A stretch of 64,000 bases of DNA, from assembly GCA_002269645.1 (NCBI GenBank), contig NIVC01002331.1:62001-126000 (forward strand), read 5' to 3'. The stretch comes from Macrostomum lignano (lineage: Eukaryota). Made by a program: the position numbers and the translations under genes. Under the pieces are notes generated by a model. The model was not told the origin of the DNA, ran no database searches, and was given only the letters and a program-made list of their open reading frames with translations. This document shows positions 1-19,900 of the stretch, in pieces (within the stretch, counting starts at the first letter, position 1; each line of letters starts with the position of its first letter).

Positions 1-786
1 CACGATACACTCTGATTAAGGACCCTTTGCAAATCCATAAAATATTTGTTTGAACAATGATAACATCAATTTAAAATTTTTCACGAGAATTTATGTTGAA
101 CCTTTGCCCTTTTAGCTGTTTACATTGTCCAACACACAAAATTGTCACGAACTGACTGACACATTCAATGAAACTTACCCCATAAATTTATTTTTGTCTC
201 TAAGAATATTAACCCGATTGAAGAAAAGTCGTTTCATACTGTTTGTATAGTCCTTGTCCGAGCGTATTTATTTATTTGTTTTGTTTTAACAGTGTCCTAT
301 TAGGCACAGTGTTGGGCCTAATCCGTAGCCTTGCTAACCAGGCATGTCAATCGCTTGGGATTCTTTTTGATAAGCCGGGGCGCAGGATTTTATCTGGGAA
401 GATTATCTATGGAACAGATCTCCTCTCTCTGCTGTCCCCTGCTCAGATGAGCTGCTCAGGTTCGAAGGCAGCAGAAATTGGTACTCGATGAAGCGGCGGC
501 TGGACAGCTTGTCTGAGTCAGCTCAAGCTGCAGTCTCTCTCTGTTCCTAATTACTGCAGTCATCGAATGGCCTCCTCTTCCTTTGTGTTCTCTCTTCTTC
601 TGCCTCTTCCTCTTTCGCAGTGAAGGCGCATGCTGTTTTTCAAGCTTTCATAGCATAATATCTAGCCATGTGTGTGCCGGCATGACGATCTCTGGGTAAT
701 GCTTAGCGACTATTCTTGCTGTTCTGTCTACAACACAATAGATTTGTTATCTTGTGTTCAAAGGATTGTCAAGTGAATCAGTAAGA

Positions 787-1000
787 CTGGGACAGGAGTG
801 ACAGAAGTGAGAGACAGGAGTGAGAGACAGGAGCGACAGGAGTGACAGGAGAGACAGGAGTGAGAGACAGGAGTGACAGGAGTGACAGGAGTGACAGGAG
901 TGAGGGAGAGAGTGAAATGAGTGAAGGACTGAGTGAGATGAGTGTGGGAGAGTGACATGAGAGATCGAGAAAGTGACAGGTGAAGGACAGAGATAGGAAG
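787..1000. repeat. Degenerate purine-rich tandem repeat (GACAGGAGTGA-like)
   Basis: Visible 9-14 bp units. Confidence 0.8.
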
Positions 1001-1419
1001 CAAAAAAGGTGAAGGGCAAAGTTATGAGGCGGATGCACAACGGAGATGCTCAGCACTTACTGTAGCAGAAAACAGCAGGGACTCGCAGTCAAACTTCGAA
1101 CTATCAGAATTCAACTCAACCTTTCGCTTTCGTCACCTCAATCGACCCCACCGGTCCGAAGCATCTGTCTCAGGGATCCTTGATCCGCCTTCTTTCTATC
1201 CATCTGTTCCTCTAGTTTTTGCCGGTCCCAATGTAGATCCTTTTTTTCCGTCGCTAATCCAGTAAATCCACAGAGATTGCAGCATATGGGTCATTGTATT
1301 TTGACTTTACTAGTCAGGAATAAGCCACTTCTGAGTATTTTTTGTTATGAAACTATTAGCAAAGTATGAAGAAGCTTTACCAAATAATTTGGCAGGGAAA
1401 ACTGGATTATATTTTAAAA

Positions 1420-1832
1420 CAATTCACTCGATTTCTTAGAAATGAGCTGGAGGCGGGCCAAGAGGTCAGAGCGTCGGACTAACGACTTGCAGGTCGGTGG
1501 TTCGATTCTCAACCCACCCGGAACAATTTGTGTCCTTTTGTCAGCCAGAAGCACATGACTCTGCATTGCTCCAGTTCACCCAGCTGTAAAATGGGTGCCA
1601 GCAATAGCTGGGGTAATTGAATCTCACATCGCTATTGCATTTAGTACGCTCTCGGGAAATCGGATTTTTCTCGATTGGATTTGTCTATGGTAAAACCCCA
1701 TTCAGCGCTATGCATTCTCGAGAGCACACTAAGTGCACTGGCGATATAACAAATAAATGTTCCTTACCTGCCTCTAGTGCATTTCTAAGAAAATTGAGTG
1801 CCTTCTACTTCAGTTGTGCGTGTAATTCTGTT
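1420..1832. repeat. Dispersed foldback/MITE-like repeat family, copy with two inverted arms and a SINE inside
   Basis: CACTCGATTTCTTAGAAATG at ~1426 is inverted relative to CATTTCTAAGAAAATTGAGTG at ~1780. Homologous segments occur at 16380-16485, 35920-35985 and 37715-37867. Confidence 0.6.
1453..1622 (+). mobile_element. tRNA-derived CORE-SINE, truncated copy
   Basis: Box B GGTTCGATTC at 1499-1508, followed by the MIR/CORE-like segment TTGTGTCCTT...CAGTTCACCCAGCTGTAAAATGGG. Closely similar to the copy at 16486. Confidence 0.75.
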
Positions 1833-2509
1833 TGATACATAACCTAAAAAAGTCTAAATCCTTAATCTAAATCCTAAGTGACGCTAAGTAAACAGCCGTG
1901 ACGTTGTCCTGAATCTAAATCCTAAGTGACGCTAAGTAAACAGCCGTGACGTTGTTTTTATCAAAAATAAAGTTGAGCCATTTTAAATTAAGAACCGATT
2001 GACGCAAGCTAGACAATAATTAGGCCGTGAATATCTGGATTAATCCCCAAGTTAGTTTGAATGCAAGCAAAATTCGACAATAAGCCCTGTGTTTCTCTTC
2101 CTCTCTGATCAAAATAGGATTTGAAGGAGAGCGGCCGTGAGCAGGTGCTCTGCAGGCAGCCTTCTCACCCTGGCCAGCAGCAGACAATCGCTCCAATTAG
2201 TGACCCACTCCAGGTGTTCGGGCTTCCGGACACAGGAGTGGGAGGATGGGGGACAGGCGCCTCAGTCTCTATCCAATGTGCCTACCCCGTCCCAATCTAC
2301 TCGGCTGGGCGATGGCGGAGGCTGGGAGATCATCATCTGAGCTTAAGGAGATCTTAAACAAGAATTCGGATCGGAGCATGTCTTCTCTCATGTTATTGCA
2401 AGCCCTCATTTTTGAAACACATGAAAAATTTACAACTTTTTTGTTTGTAAAATTTTGCAAAATTTACAAAAATCTAAAACCAAAAAATCTCGATTATTTT
2501 GGGAATCGG

Positions 2510-3212
2510 CTTTTTAGCGCTCATTTTAGCGCCACAGTCACTCATTTTTGCGCAGCAGGCACTCACTTTAGCGCCGCAGTCACTCATTTTAGCGCCGCAG
2601 TCACTCATTTTATCAGCGCCGCAGTCACTCATTTTATCAGCGCCGCAGTCACTCATTTTAGCGCCGCAGTCACTCATTTTAGCAGCGCAGCAGTCACTCA
2701 CTTTAGCGCCGCAGTCACTCATTTTAGCGCCGCAGTCACTCATTTTAGCGCCGCAGTCACTCATTTTATCAGCGCAGCAGTCACTCAGTTTAGCGCAGCA
2801 GTCACTCAGTTTAGCGCCGCAGTCACTCATTTTATCAGCGCAGCAGTCACTCATTTTAGCGCCGCAGTCACTCATTTTAGCAGCGCAGCAGTCACTCATT
2901 TTAGCGCCGCAGTCACTCATTTTAGCAGCGCCGCAGTCACTCATTTTAGCGCCGCAGTCACTCAGTTTAGCGCCGCAGTCACTCATTTTAGCGCAGCAGT
3001 CACTCATTTTAGCGCCGCAGTCACTCAGTTTAGCGCCGCAGTCACTCATTTTAGCGCCGCAGTCACTCATTTTAGCGCCGCAGTCACTCATTTTAGCGCC
3101 GCAGTCACTCATTTTAGCGCCGCAGTCACTCATTTTAGCGCCGCAGTCACTCATTTTAGCGCCGCAGTCACTCATTTTAGCGCCGCAGTCACTCATTTTA
3201 GCGCCGCAGTCA
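2510..3212. repeat. 21-bp minisatellite CATTTTAGCGCCGCAGTCACT (24-bp variants)
   Basis: About 30 copies; source of the spurious AAVTHFS-type ORFs. Confidence 0.97.
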
Positions 3213-3726
3213 CACTATAAAGACAAAGACAAAACAGCTGTCAAAGTTCTGATGATAATTTTTAGTAAGAAAGGATTAGGCTGAAACTCAAATTTCTCTA
3301 CTGTATTAAAAAGAGAGGAGTTGGGAGTTGAGGTCTGAGTAGGAGTTGACTCACCAGATTATCGCTCAAGTTCTCCTTGGCTCAGCAGCGCCGCACACAC
3401 ACATTGGGCAGATGAGGTCCTTCTATAATGCTATCGTTTCGTTTCAAGCTTCATTAGCATCGCACTGTCCAATCCTCCCGAATTCACGCCTCTTTCTCTC
3501 GAATGCTTCAGCCCCTCCTCCTCCTCCTCCCCGCCGCGGGTGTCCTGAGAAGCAAGCCAGCGCCAGCCCGAGGTGGCCCGCAGATAGAAGATCAACAAAA
3601 ATGAATCTTTAGCCTCCCATCTATCCGTCTCCGCAGGGCAGCGCACGGGCTTGTCAATTAATCTTCAACGGGTTGCCGGATTAACATTGAGCTCGGTGTT
3701 GATTGAGGCTGCCGGACCGTACACCC

Positions 3727-4925
3727 GGATCTGGGAGAATAGCGGTATCCCAGCAACTGAGGATCTGGGAGAATAGTGGTATCCCAGCAACTGAGGATCT
3801 GGGAGAATAGCGGTATCCCAGCAACTGAGGATCTGGGAGAATAGTGGTATCCCAGCAACTGAGGATCTGGGAGAATAGTGGTATCCCAGCAACTGAGGAT
3901 CTGGGAGAATAGTGGTATCCCAGCAACTGAGGATCTGGGAGAATAGCGGTATCCCAGCAACTGAGGATCTGGGAGAATAGCGGTATCCCAGCAACTGAGG
4001 ATCTGGGAGAATAGCGGTATCCCAGCAACTGAGGATCTGGGAGAATAGTGGTATCCCAGCAACTGAGGATCTAGGAGAATAGTGGTATCCCAGCAACTGA
4101 GGATCTGGGAGAATAGCGCTATCCCAGCAACTGAGGATCTGGGAGAATAGTGGTATCCCAGCAACTGAGGATCTGGGAGAATAGCGGTATCCCAGCAACT
4201 GAGGATCTGGGAGAATAGCGGTATCCCAGCAACTGAGGATCTGGGAGAATAGCGGTATCCCAGCAACTGAGGATCTGGGAGAATAGCGGTATCCCAGCAA
4301 CTGAGGATCTAGGAGAATAGTGGTATCCCAGCAACTGAGGATCTGGGAGAATAGCGGTATCCCAGCAACTGAGGATCTGGGAGAATAGCGGTATCCCAGC
4401 AACTGAGGATCTGGGAGAATAGCGGTATCCCAGCAACTGAGGATCTAGGAGAATAGTGGTATCCCAGCAACTGAGGATCTGGGAGAATAGCGGTATCCCA
4501 GCAACTGAGGATCTAGGAGAATAGTGGTATCCCAGCAACTGAGGATCTGGGAGAATAGCGGTATCCCAGCAACTGAGGATCTGGGAGAATAGTATCCCAG
4601 CAACTGAGGATCTGGGAGAATAGCGGTATCCCAGCAACTGAGGATCTGGGAGAATAGCGGTATCCCAGCAACTGAGGATCTGGGAGAATAGCGGTATCCC
4701 AGCAACTGAGGATCTGGGAGAATAGCGGTATCCCAGCAACTGAGGATCTAGGAGAATAGTGGTATCCCAGCAACTGAGGATCTGGGAGAATAGCGGTATC
4801 CCAGCAACTGAGGATCTGGGAGAATAGCGGTATCCCAGCAACTGAGGATCTAGGAGAATAGTGGTATCCCAGCAACTGAGGATCTGGGAGAATAGCGGTA
4901 TCCCAGCAACTGTGGATCTGGGAGG
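3727..4925. repeat. 34-bp minisatellite GGATCTGGGAGAATAGCGGTATCCCAGCAACTGA
   Basis: About 35 near-identical copies. Confidence 0.98.
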
Positions 4926-5464
4926 GTGGCGGTGGGTGGCCATTCTTTGATGCTTTTTTTCAATCTAATCTTGCTCAAGTGAAATTTTATAACCAGTTAA
5001 TTACCGGGAATTTTATAATTAGAGTTGGAATCTGTGTTGCTGTCGGACTCATCCAGCTTAGTATCTAGATGGATCAAGGATTTCTCTTGCCCAGCCCCTC
5101 TGCCCAATCACCCGTCAAATTTTTTCTATTAATCTCTCAGTTTCTAGAATAAAATCTTAAAAAGTCCGCAGAAATGAATCCGCTGGACACACACAGAGGG
5201 GTCTCACGCACGCTGTCCTCACCTTTTAGCTTAATTCCTGGCTAATCTCCGGCCTTTGCGGACCCGCGATTTCTGGGGGGGGGGGGCTTTCCTCGTAGCC
5301 TTTGACTTTTAATTAACTCCCGGGCTCATCAACGAGAAAGTTTTGGGATGAAGGATTAAACAGATATTAATTTGCCGACTGTCTTAATTATTCAGTAATT
5401 ATTCTTATTATGCCATTTTTCATTTTCAATCTTTTATTAGTTGGTGCCATTCTGAATGAGGTAG

Positions 5465-5995
5465 TACCATTTTGTATCTTAGATAAGGAAGAGCCATTTT
5501 GTATCTTAGATAAGGAAGAGCCATTTTGTATCTTAGATAAGGAAGGGCCATTTTGTATCTTAGATAAGGAAGAGCCATTTTGTATCTTAGATAAGGAAGG
5601 GCCATTTTGTATCTTAGATAAGGAAGAGCCATTTTGTATCTTGGATAAGGAAGAGCCATTTTGTATCTTGGATAAGGAAGAGCCATTTTGTATCTTAGAT
5701 AAGGAAGAGCCATTTTGTATCTTAGATAAGGAAGGGCCATTTTGTATCTTAGATAAGGAAGAGCCATTTTGTATCTTGGATAAGGAAGAGCCATTTTGTA
5801 TCTTAGATAAGGAAGAGCCATTTTGTATCTTAGATAAGGAAGAGCCATTTTGTATCTTAGATAAGGAAGAGCCATTTTGTATCTTAGATAAGGAAGAGCC
5901 ATTTTGTATCTTGGATAAGGAAGAGCCATTTTGTATCTTAGATAAGGAAGAGCCATTTTGTATATTGGATAAGGAAGTGCCATTTTGTAGCTTGG
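5465..5995. repeat. 27-bp minisatellite CCATTTTGTATCTTAGATAAGGAAGAG
   Basis: About 19 copies, ending ~90 bp before the kinesin ATG. Confidence 0.97.
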
Positions 5996-6082
5996 ATTAG
6001 CAACATAAGCTGGATTTCGCAGAGGTAGCCAGTCCGCACACCGAAGCCCCCTGCACTGCATGCTCAGCCACCAGACGAGGCG

Positions 6083-14133
<8,051 letters not shown>

Positions 14134-14665
14134 CTCAGCTGATGGGACATTGAGTACTAATCCAATACTATATAGCTCTATAATCAGCCTAAATCATTAA
14201 TATTTCCGTCTCGTAACTTATTGTTTTGCTTATTACTTAAAGTAGTTCTGCTCCACTCCGCTGCAATTTCGCTGTTTTTCGTTTTAAGTTTAGCACTGGA
14301 ATTAATTTTTTTTATTTTTTTGTCTTTGTTGTCGTACATACTCGCGGTACGCTCGTAGAAACTACTAATAGTAGTCTTCCTAGACCAGAGTCAATTTTGC
14401 GCTACAGTACAGTGACAGATTTCAAACCGGGAAGGATGGAAGCTTCTAGGATTTAATTTATTTCTGCTATATTTTGCCTTGGTTAGTATTCCAGTTCCAA
14501 TTAAATGGTTTATGTAGAGTGCGCCCATTATATTTGTAGCTGAGCCTTGACCTCAAAATAAAATAACAATGTCTACGTAAAGCTTATTGGACAAATCTTA
14601 AACATTGATGCCCAGGCCACAGAGTCACGGAGATGTCACTCAATTTATTTATGGAAGTCATTAAA

Positions 14666-15908
14666 TCAGCTGTCCGGGTTGAACTCCACATAGAAGTCTT
14701 CGGTAGAACACAGCTGCGGCCTGCCGCGGTCGCAGGCACGCAGCAGCAGGTGGAACATCGCGTAGGAGCTGTCATTGCGTGGCGCCTTCTGGACGAAGAG
14801 CTCGCTTGAGGTGCGATCAACTCCGAAAAAGTTCTGCAGCTCCGACTCGTTCGCCAGCTCGTAGTCAACCATCCCGTTGTCGCCTTCGTCGAGATCCACC
14901 GCCATCATCCTGCCGATGATCTGGCCGGGCTGCGGGGCTGCGACCTGCCATTAGTGTAATAAAATATATTGAAATATTCGCACGAGACGACCCGCTCTGC
15001 GATATCGTAACACAACCAGCGCTGACTACTGAGTACATGCAAACACGCACTCACACACACGCTCACACAGGGTGTACAGCCCTGACTGTCAAATCGTCAG
15101 ACATGTACACTCTGTGCCTTGGGGGCTGGCCCTCATGGCTGTGAATCGCACGAAAGCCCCAGATGAATGTGTTTGCGCACGGAATCGAACCAGGGATCGC
15201 GGTGCGAGAGTCGGACGCGTTCACCGCTGACCTGCTCTGCCCCCCCCCGGCGACCTGCAAGGTTTAAAGGAAAGCGGTCTAACTGCGAACGTGTGTCCCC
15301 ACAGGTGAGGTCCCCGGCCCAGCGGATAAGAACTCAGGTACAACAGGTAAGAACTCAGAAAGCGGTCCTTGACCATCGCGAGTGTTCCAGTCTCATTTTT
15401 GGACACGGTGTCGTACGATTTACATGTAGCACCGCGACCAGATTCGAACCTGAAGCATCCTGGGAGACTCGGGCTTGGCCAGAAACTCCGGTCTGTTGTC
15501 ATTTTCATCCTCGACGTGGACTGACACTGTGCAGGCGGCCGTCAGAGCTGCGCTGGGCCGCCGGTTCTCCACCAGCACGCAGAATCGGTAGACCGCCTGT
15601 CGCTCGCGGTCCAGCCTCACTAACGTCGTAATTCTGCCGGTGCTCTGGTCGAGCATGAATTTTCTTCTCAAGTCGACGTGGCCGCGGCCGCAGCCGTTAA
15701 GATAGGCGAGATTGCCGCCGTCAGGACGAACTCCTTGGATGACGCCAACAAGTCTGCCAGGTGGTGCGTTCTCTCGCACTTGCATCCGGTACACTGGCTG
15801 CCCGCAGGACGGCCAATCCTGACCCACCGTTGTTGCCGACGACACGTCGATGATGAACAGCTGCAGCAGGACGACAAGAGACAAGCGACAACCGGCAGCT
15901 TCCATCAT
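14666..15908 (-). CDS. Cadherin-domain protein: signal peptide plus two EC repeats, no transmembrane segment; 2 exons, 245 aa
   Basis: Exons 15908-15450 (donor CAG|GTTCG) and 14944-14666 (acceptor GGCAG|GTC), phase 0. Hydrophobic N-terminus LSLVVLLQLFIIDVSS. Cadherin motifs VRENAPPG, LDRE, DENDNRPEF, AVDLDEGDNG, ACDRGRPQL. Minus-strand AATAAA at 14649-14644, just after the stop. Confidence 0.85.
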
Positions 15909-16485
15909 TGGTGCGGTGAAGCCAAACAGTTCAAGGCTATGGACACTGGGCTTTAAGTATGGCTTGCTGCTTTTTGATGAAAAATTTCAGCTCGATTTTA
16001 TACGCTGTGAGCAGTTTGTCTGTTGCTGGGCAATTACTGGGCCGCGCGCACTTATTCAACTTCCGCTTTTGTCCATAATCGAAAAGATAATGACACCCAT
16101 GTGATTGCTTTCCCATCATGAAAGATTCTAGCAAAACTGTGACAAAAATTACGACGGAAGCTGCCTAATCAAGGAGATCGTAGAAAAACAAAAACATCTG
16201 GAGTGAAAACTGAAAACCTAAAGCACTAATTTAAAATGCTATAAAATAGCCAAAAATTATATCCTTAGCTACATTTTAGGCGATAAAGAATGAAGGTTAC
16301 TAAAAGCAATTTTTTGTAGTTGTGACTGGTCTATCATAAAAACTTGGTTTATTTTTAACATTGATGAATGGATTCAGTCCAACTGAAGTACGAGTTGAAG
16401 GACGCTCTACACTCGATTTTCTTAGAAATGAGCTTCTGGAGGCCGGTAAGTAATTTATATTTGTCGTATCGCTAGTGCATTCAGT

Positions 16486-16800
16486 AGGGGTTGCAGCCTA
16501 GTGGTTGGAGCGCCAGACGATCACCATTGAAAGGTCGGGGGTTCGATTCTCAACCTACTCGGAACAATTTGTGTCCTTGAACAAGACACTCAACTCTGCA
16601 TTGCTTCAGTTCACCCAGCTGTAAAATGGGTGCCAGCATTAGCTGGGGTAATTGAGGGTGTGTGGCGACCCCCCAGTCCTTGGACTGAACAGCCGTACGC
16701 AGCCTTCAGATGCACCGCGCAATAGCTGCGGCTGAGCTGTCGGTTGCACATCTGGCCATTAGGGCAGGTGTAATCAATTATTATTATTATTATTATTAAT
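16486..16800 (+). mobile_element. tRNA-derived CORE-SINE, near full length, with (TTA)n tail
   Basis: Box A-like GCAGCCTAGTGGT (16493-16505), box B GGTTCGATTC (16540-16549), CORE-like TGTGTCCTTGAACAAGACACTCAACTCTGC...CTGTAAAATGGG, and (TTA)n at 16778-16798. Confidence 0.82.
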
Positions 16801-16915
16801 AAGTAGTAGTAGTATTATTATTGTGTTTCACGAGTTGCGAGCGTCCTTCTACTTCGACTGTCCGTATACACTGACGTTTCAGTCATCTCCTATTTCTAAC
16901 TGTCGCTCAGACCGT

Positions 16916-19900
16916 TCAAGATCCCGCTCGGAACAGCACCAGCCAGTAGGCCATGTTCACCGCCACGAACGAGACAGGGAACAGGCACCTGGCGGCGCGG
17001 TCGATCTTCGACTCCGAGTTCGGTCCCGAGACACTCTCGGAGCTCGGCCAGCCGCCGCCGCCGCCGCCGCCGCCGCCGCTTCTGATTGGCGCGTATCTCC
17101 GGTCGCCGCGCAGACAGTCAGCGAACATCCGCAGGCAGGAGTTACCGTCGCCATGGACACCGCCCCGGCCGCCGTTGGCTGGGGTGGCATCGTCGATTCG
17201 TCGAGGAATCTCAACGTTGCCAGCCTTAGTGAAGTAGTTGACGCCCGCGTATTCCAGCAGGGCGGAGAACACGAAGAAGAAGCAGATGAGCAGGAAAATG
17301 TCCATGGCGGTGGCGTAGGGCACTTTTGGAAGGCCCATGCGGCCTGTGAGAGTGATTGTCACGCTGGTGAGCAGGGCTGTGATGCCTGTCAGTGAGTTCG
17401 TGAGTGAGTACATGAGTGAGTTTATGAGTGAGTTCATGACTGAGTTTATGACTGAGTTCATGAGTGAGTTTATGAGTGAGTTCATGAGTGAGTTTATGAC
17501 TGAGTTCATGAGTGAGTTTATGAGTGAGTTCATGAGTGAGTTCATGACTGAGTTTATGACTGAGTTCATGACTGAGTTTATGACTGAGTTCATGAGTGAG
17601 TTTTTAAGTGACTTCATGAGTGACTTCATGAGTGAGTTCATGAGTGACTTCATGAGGGAGTTCATGAGGGAGTTCATGAGTGACTTCATGAGTGAGCCCA
17701 TGAGTGAGTTCATGAGTGAGTTCATGACTGAGTTTATGACTGAGTTCATGACTGAGTTTATGACTGAGTTCATGACTGAGTTCATGACTGAGTTTATGAC
17801 TGAGTTTATGAGTGATTTTATGACTGAGTTTTTGAGTGAGTTTATGAGTGAGTTGATGACTGAGTTTATGACTGAGTTTATGACTGAGTTTATGAGTGAG
17901 TTTATGAGTGAGTTTATGACTGAGTTTATGAGTGAGTTGATGATTGAGTTTATGACTGAGTTTATGACTGAGTTCATGACTGAGTTTATAAGACAGTTCA
18001 TCACTGAGTTCATGATGGAGTCTCACCCAGAGTGACCCTGGCAGGCGTGGCCTCCCTGTTAATCCAGAAGCTAACCCAGGACATGGCGACCGTCATGTAC
18101 GACGGCAGGTATATCTGCAGCACATAGAAGCCGATCATGCGCTCCAGCGGGATGGTCATGCTGAGCATGTTGCGCACCTCTAGAAAGCAGAAGATCTATA
18201 ATTATTTTTAGCAGAGAAAAACATTAAAAAAGGCTAAGCAGATAGACATCTTACCTTTTCCAACCAAGGCCTCGGAGTGGGAGAACTGCACCAGATCCGG
18301 CCTGAATAAGAACTGGGCCATTGCGGTCACTTCGAACCCCAGATTTTTATTACTGGAGTTCACTATGGTTGGCGGGATGCCGTATAGGTGAGAACTCAGC
18401 CTGGCCTCCTCCCACCAGAGGTAGACCAGGTTTCTTGAGTCGTAGGCGACTGTAAAGTAGTGAGATTGTGAGATTGGCCATCATGTAGTGTGAATAGCCG
18501 TGAGAGCAGTGTGTGAACACCCATGAGAACAGTGTGTGAATACCAATGAGAACAGTGCGTGAACACCCGTGAAAAAAGTGCGTGAACACCCATGAGAACA
18601 GTGTGTGAATACCAATGAGAAAAGTGCGTGAACACCCATGAAAACAGTGTGTGAATACCCGTGAGAACAGTGCGTGAACACCCATGAAAACAGTGTGTGA
18701 ATACCCGTGAAAAAAGTGCGTGAACACCCATGAAAACAGTGTGTGAATACCCGTGAAAAAAGTGCGTGAACACCCATGAAAACAGTGTGTGAATACCCGT
18801 GAAAAAAGTGCGTGAACACCCATGAAAACAGTGTGTGAATACCCGTGAAAAAAAGTGCGTGAACACCCATGAAAACAGTGTGTGAATACCCGTGAGAAAA
18901 GTGCGTGAACACCCATGAAAACAGTGTGTGAATACCAATGAGAACAGTGCGTGAACACCCATGAAAAAAGTGTGTGAATACCCGTGAGAAAAGTGCGTGA
19001 ACACCCATGAAAACAGTGTGTGAAGACCCATCACAATCTGAATGTCCTCAACCGCAACAGCTGCAACCTCACAGCTGCCAATCATGAGCAGGCAGGTCTG
19101 ACTGTCCACCGGAAATCTTCGGAAGTCCATGTGACAGAGCGCCTTCACAGTCAGTCTGAAATGAAAAGCAGCAATCCATAGACTCACAGAACACGTTGCC
19201 AGGATATTCAATAACAAACGAACCTCATCGAGAAGAACACGGTGCCGTCTGCTTGGATTCTCAGCAGCTTATTAGGCACGGTGATCTCGTGCAGTCTGGA
19301 GCCCTTGCCGTTGACAAAGTAGGTGTCGGGCCGCCAGATCCGGCGCAGGATGCTCACGCTCACCTTGATCTCCTTTTGGCGAGCGTCGGCCGGGTCGAAA
19401 CGGAGGCGCTTGTCGATCCAGCACTGGCGAAAGTAGATCTCCATGGCGTACATCTGGGCGGGCGCAGGTCAGGGACTTTCAGGATTTGTTGTCCCTGATA
19501 CCTGATTAGTAGTCCGTGATCTCATCTTCAATATCACCTTTGATCTCATCCTCAATCTCACCTTTGATCTCATCCTCAATCTCACCTTTGATCTCATCCT
19601 CAATCTCACCTTTGATCTCATCGTCAATCTCACCTTTGATCTCATCCTCAATCTCAGCTTTGATCGCATCCTCAATCTCACCTTTGATCTCATCCTCAAT
19701 CTCACCTTTGATCTTATCGTCAATCTCACCCTTGATCTCATCCTTAATCTCACCTTTGATCTCATCCTCAATCTCACCTTTGATCTCATCCTCAATCTCA
19801 CCTTTGATCTCATCCTCAATCTCACCTTTGATCTCATCGTCAATCTCACCTTTGATCTCATCCTCAATCTCAGCTTTGATCGCATCCTCAATCTCACCTT

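Noticed and set aside
1499-1508. tRNA gene suggested by box B
   Set aside because: No cloverleaf or acceptor stem; it continues into CORE sequence, so it is a SINE head.
3727-4925. 34-bp array resembling CRISPR repeat length
   Set aside because: Head-to-tail repeats without unique spacers, no cas genes, and a eukaryotic context. The same holds for the 40- and 47-bp arrays.
2246-6061. Long repetitive ORFs (AAVTHFS, LLGYRYSPRSS, ILDKEEPFC)
   Set aside because: They are translations of 21-, 34- and 27-bp minisatellites that stay open in several frames and on both strands, with no non-repetitive coding flanks.
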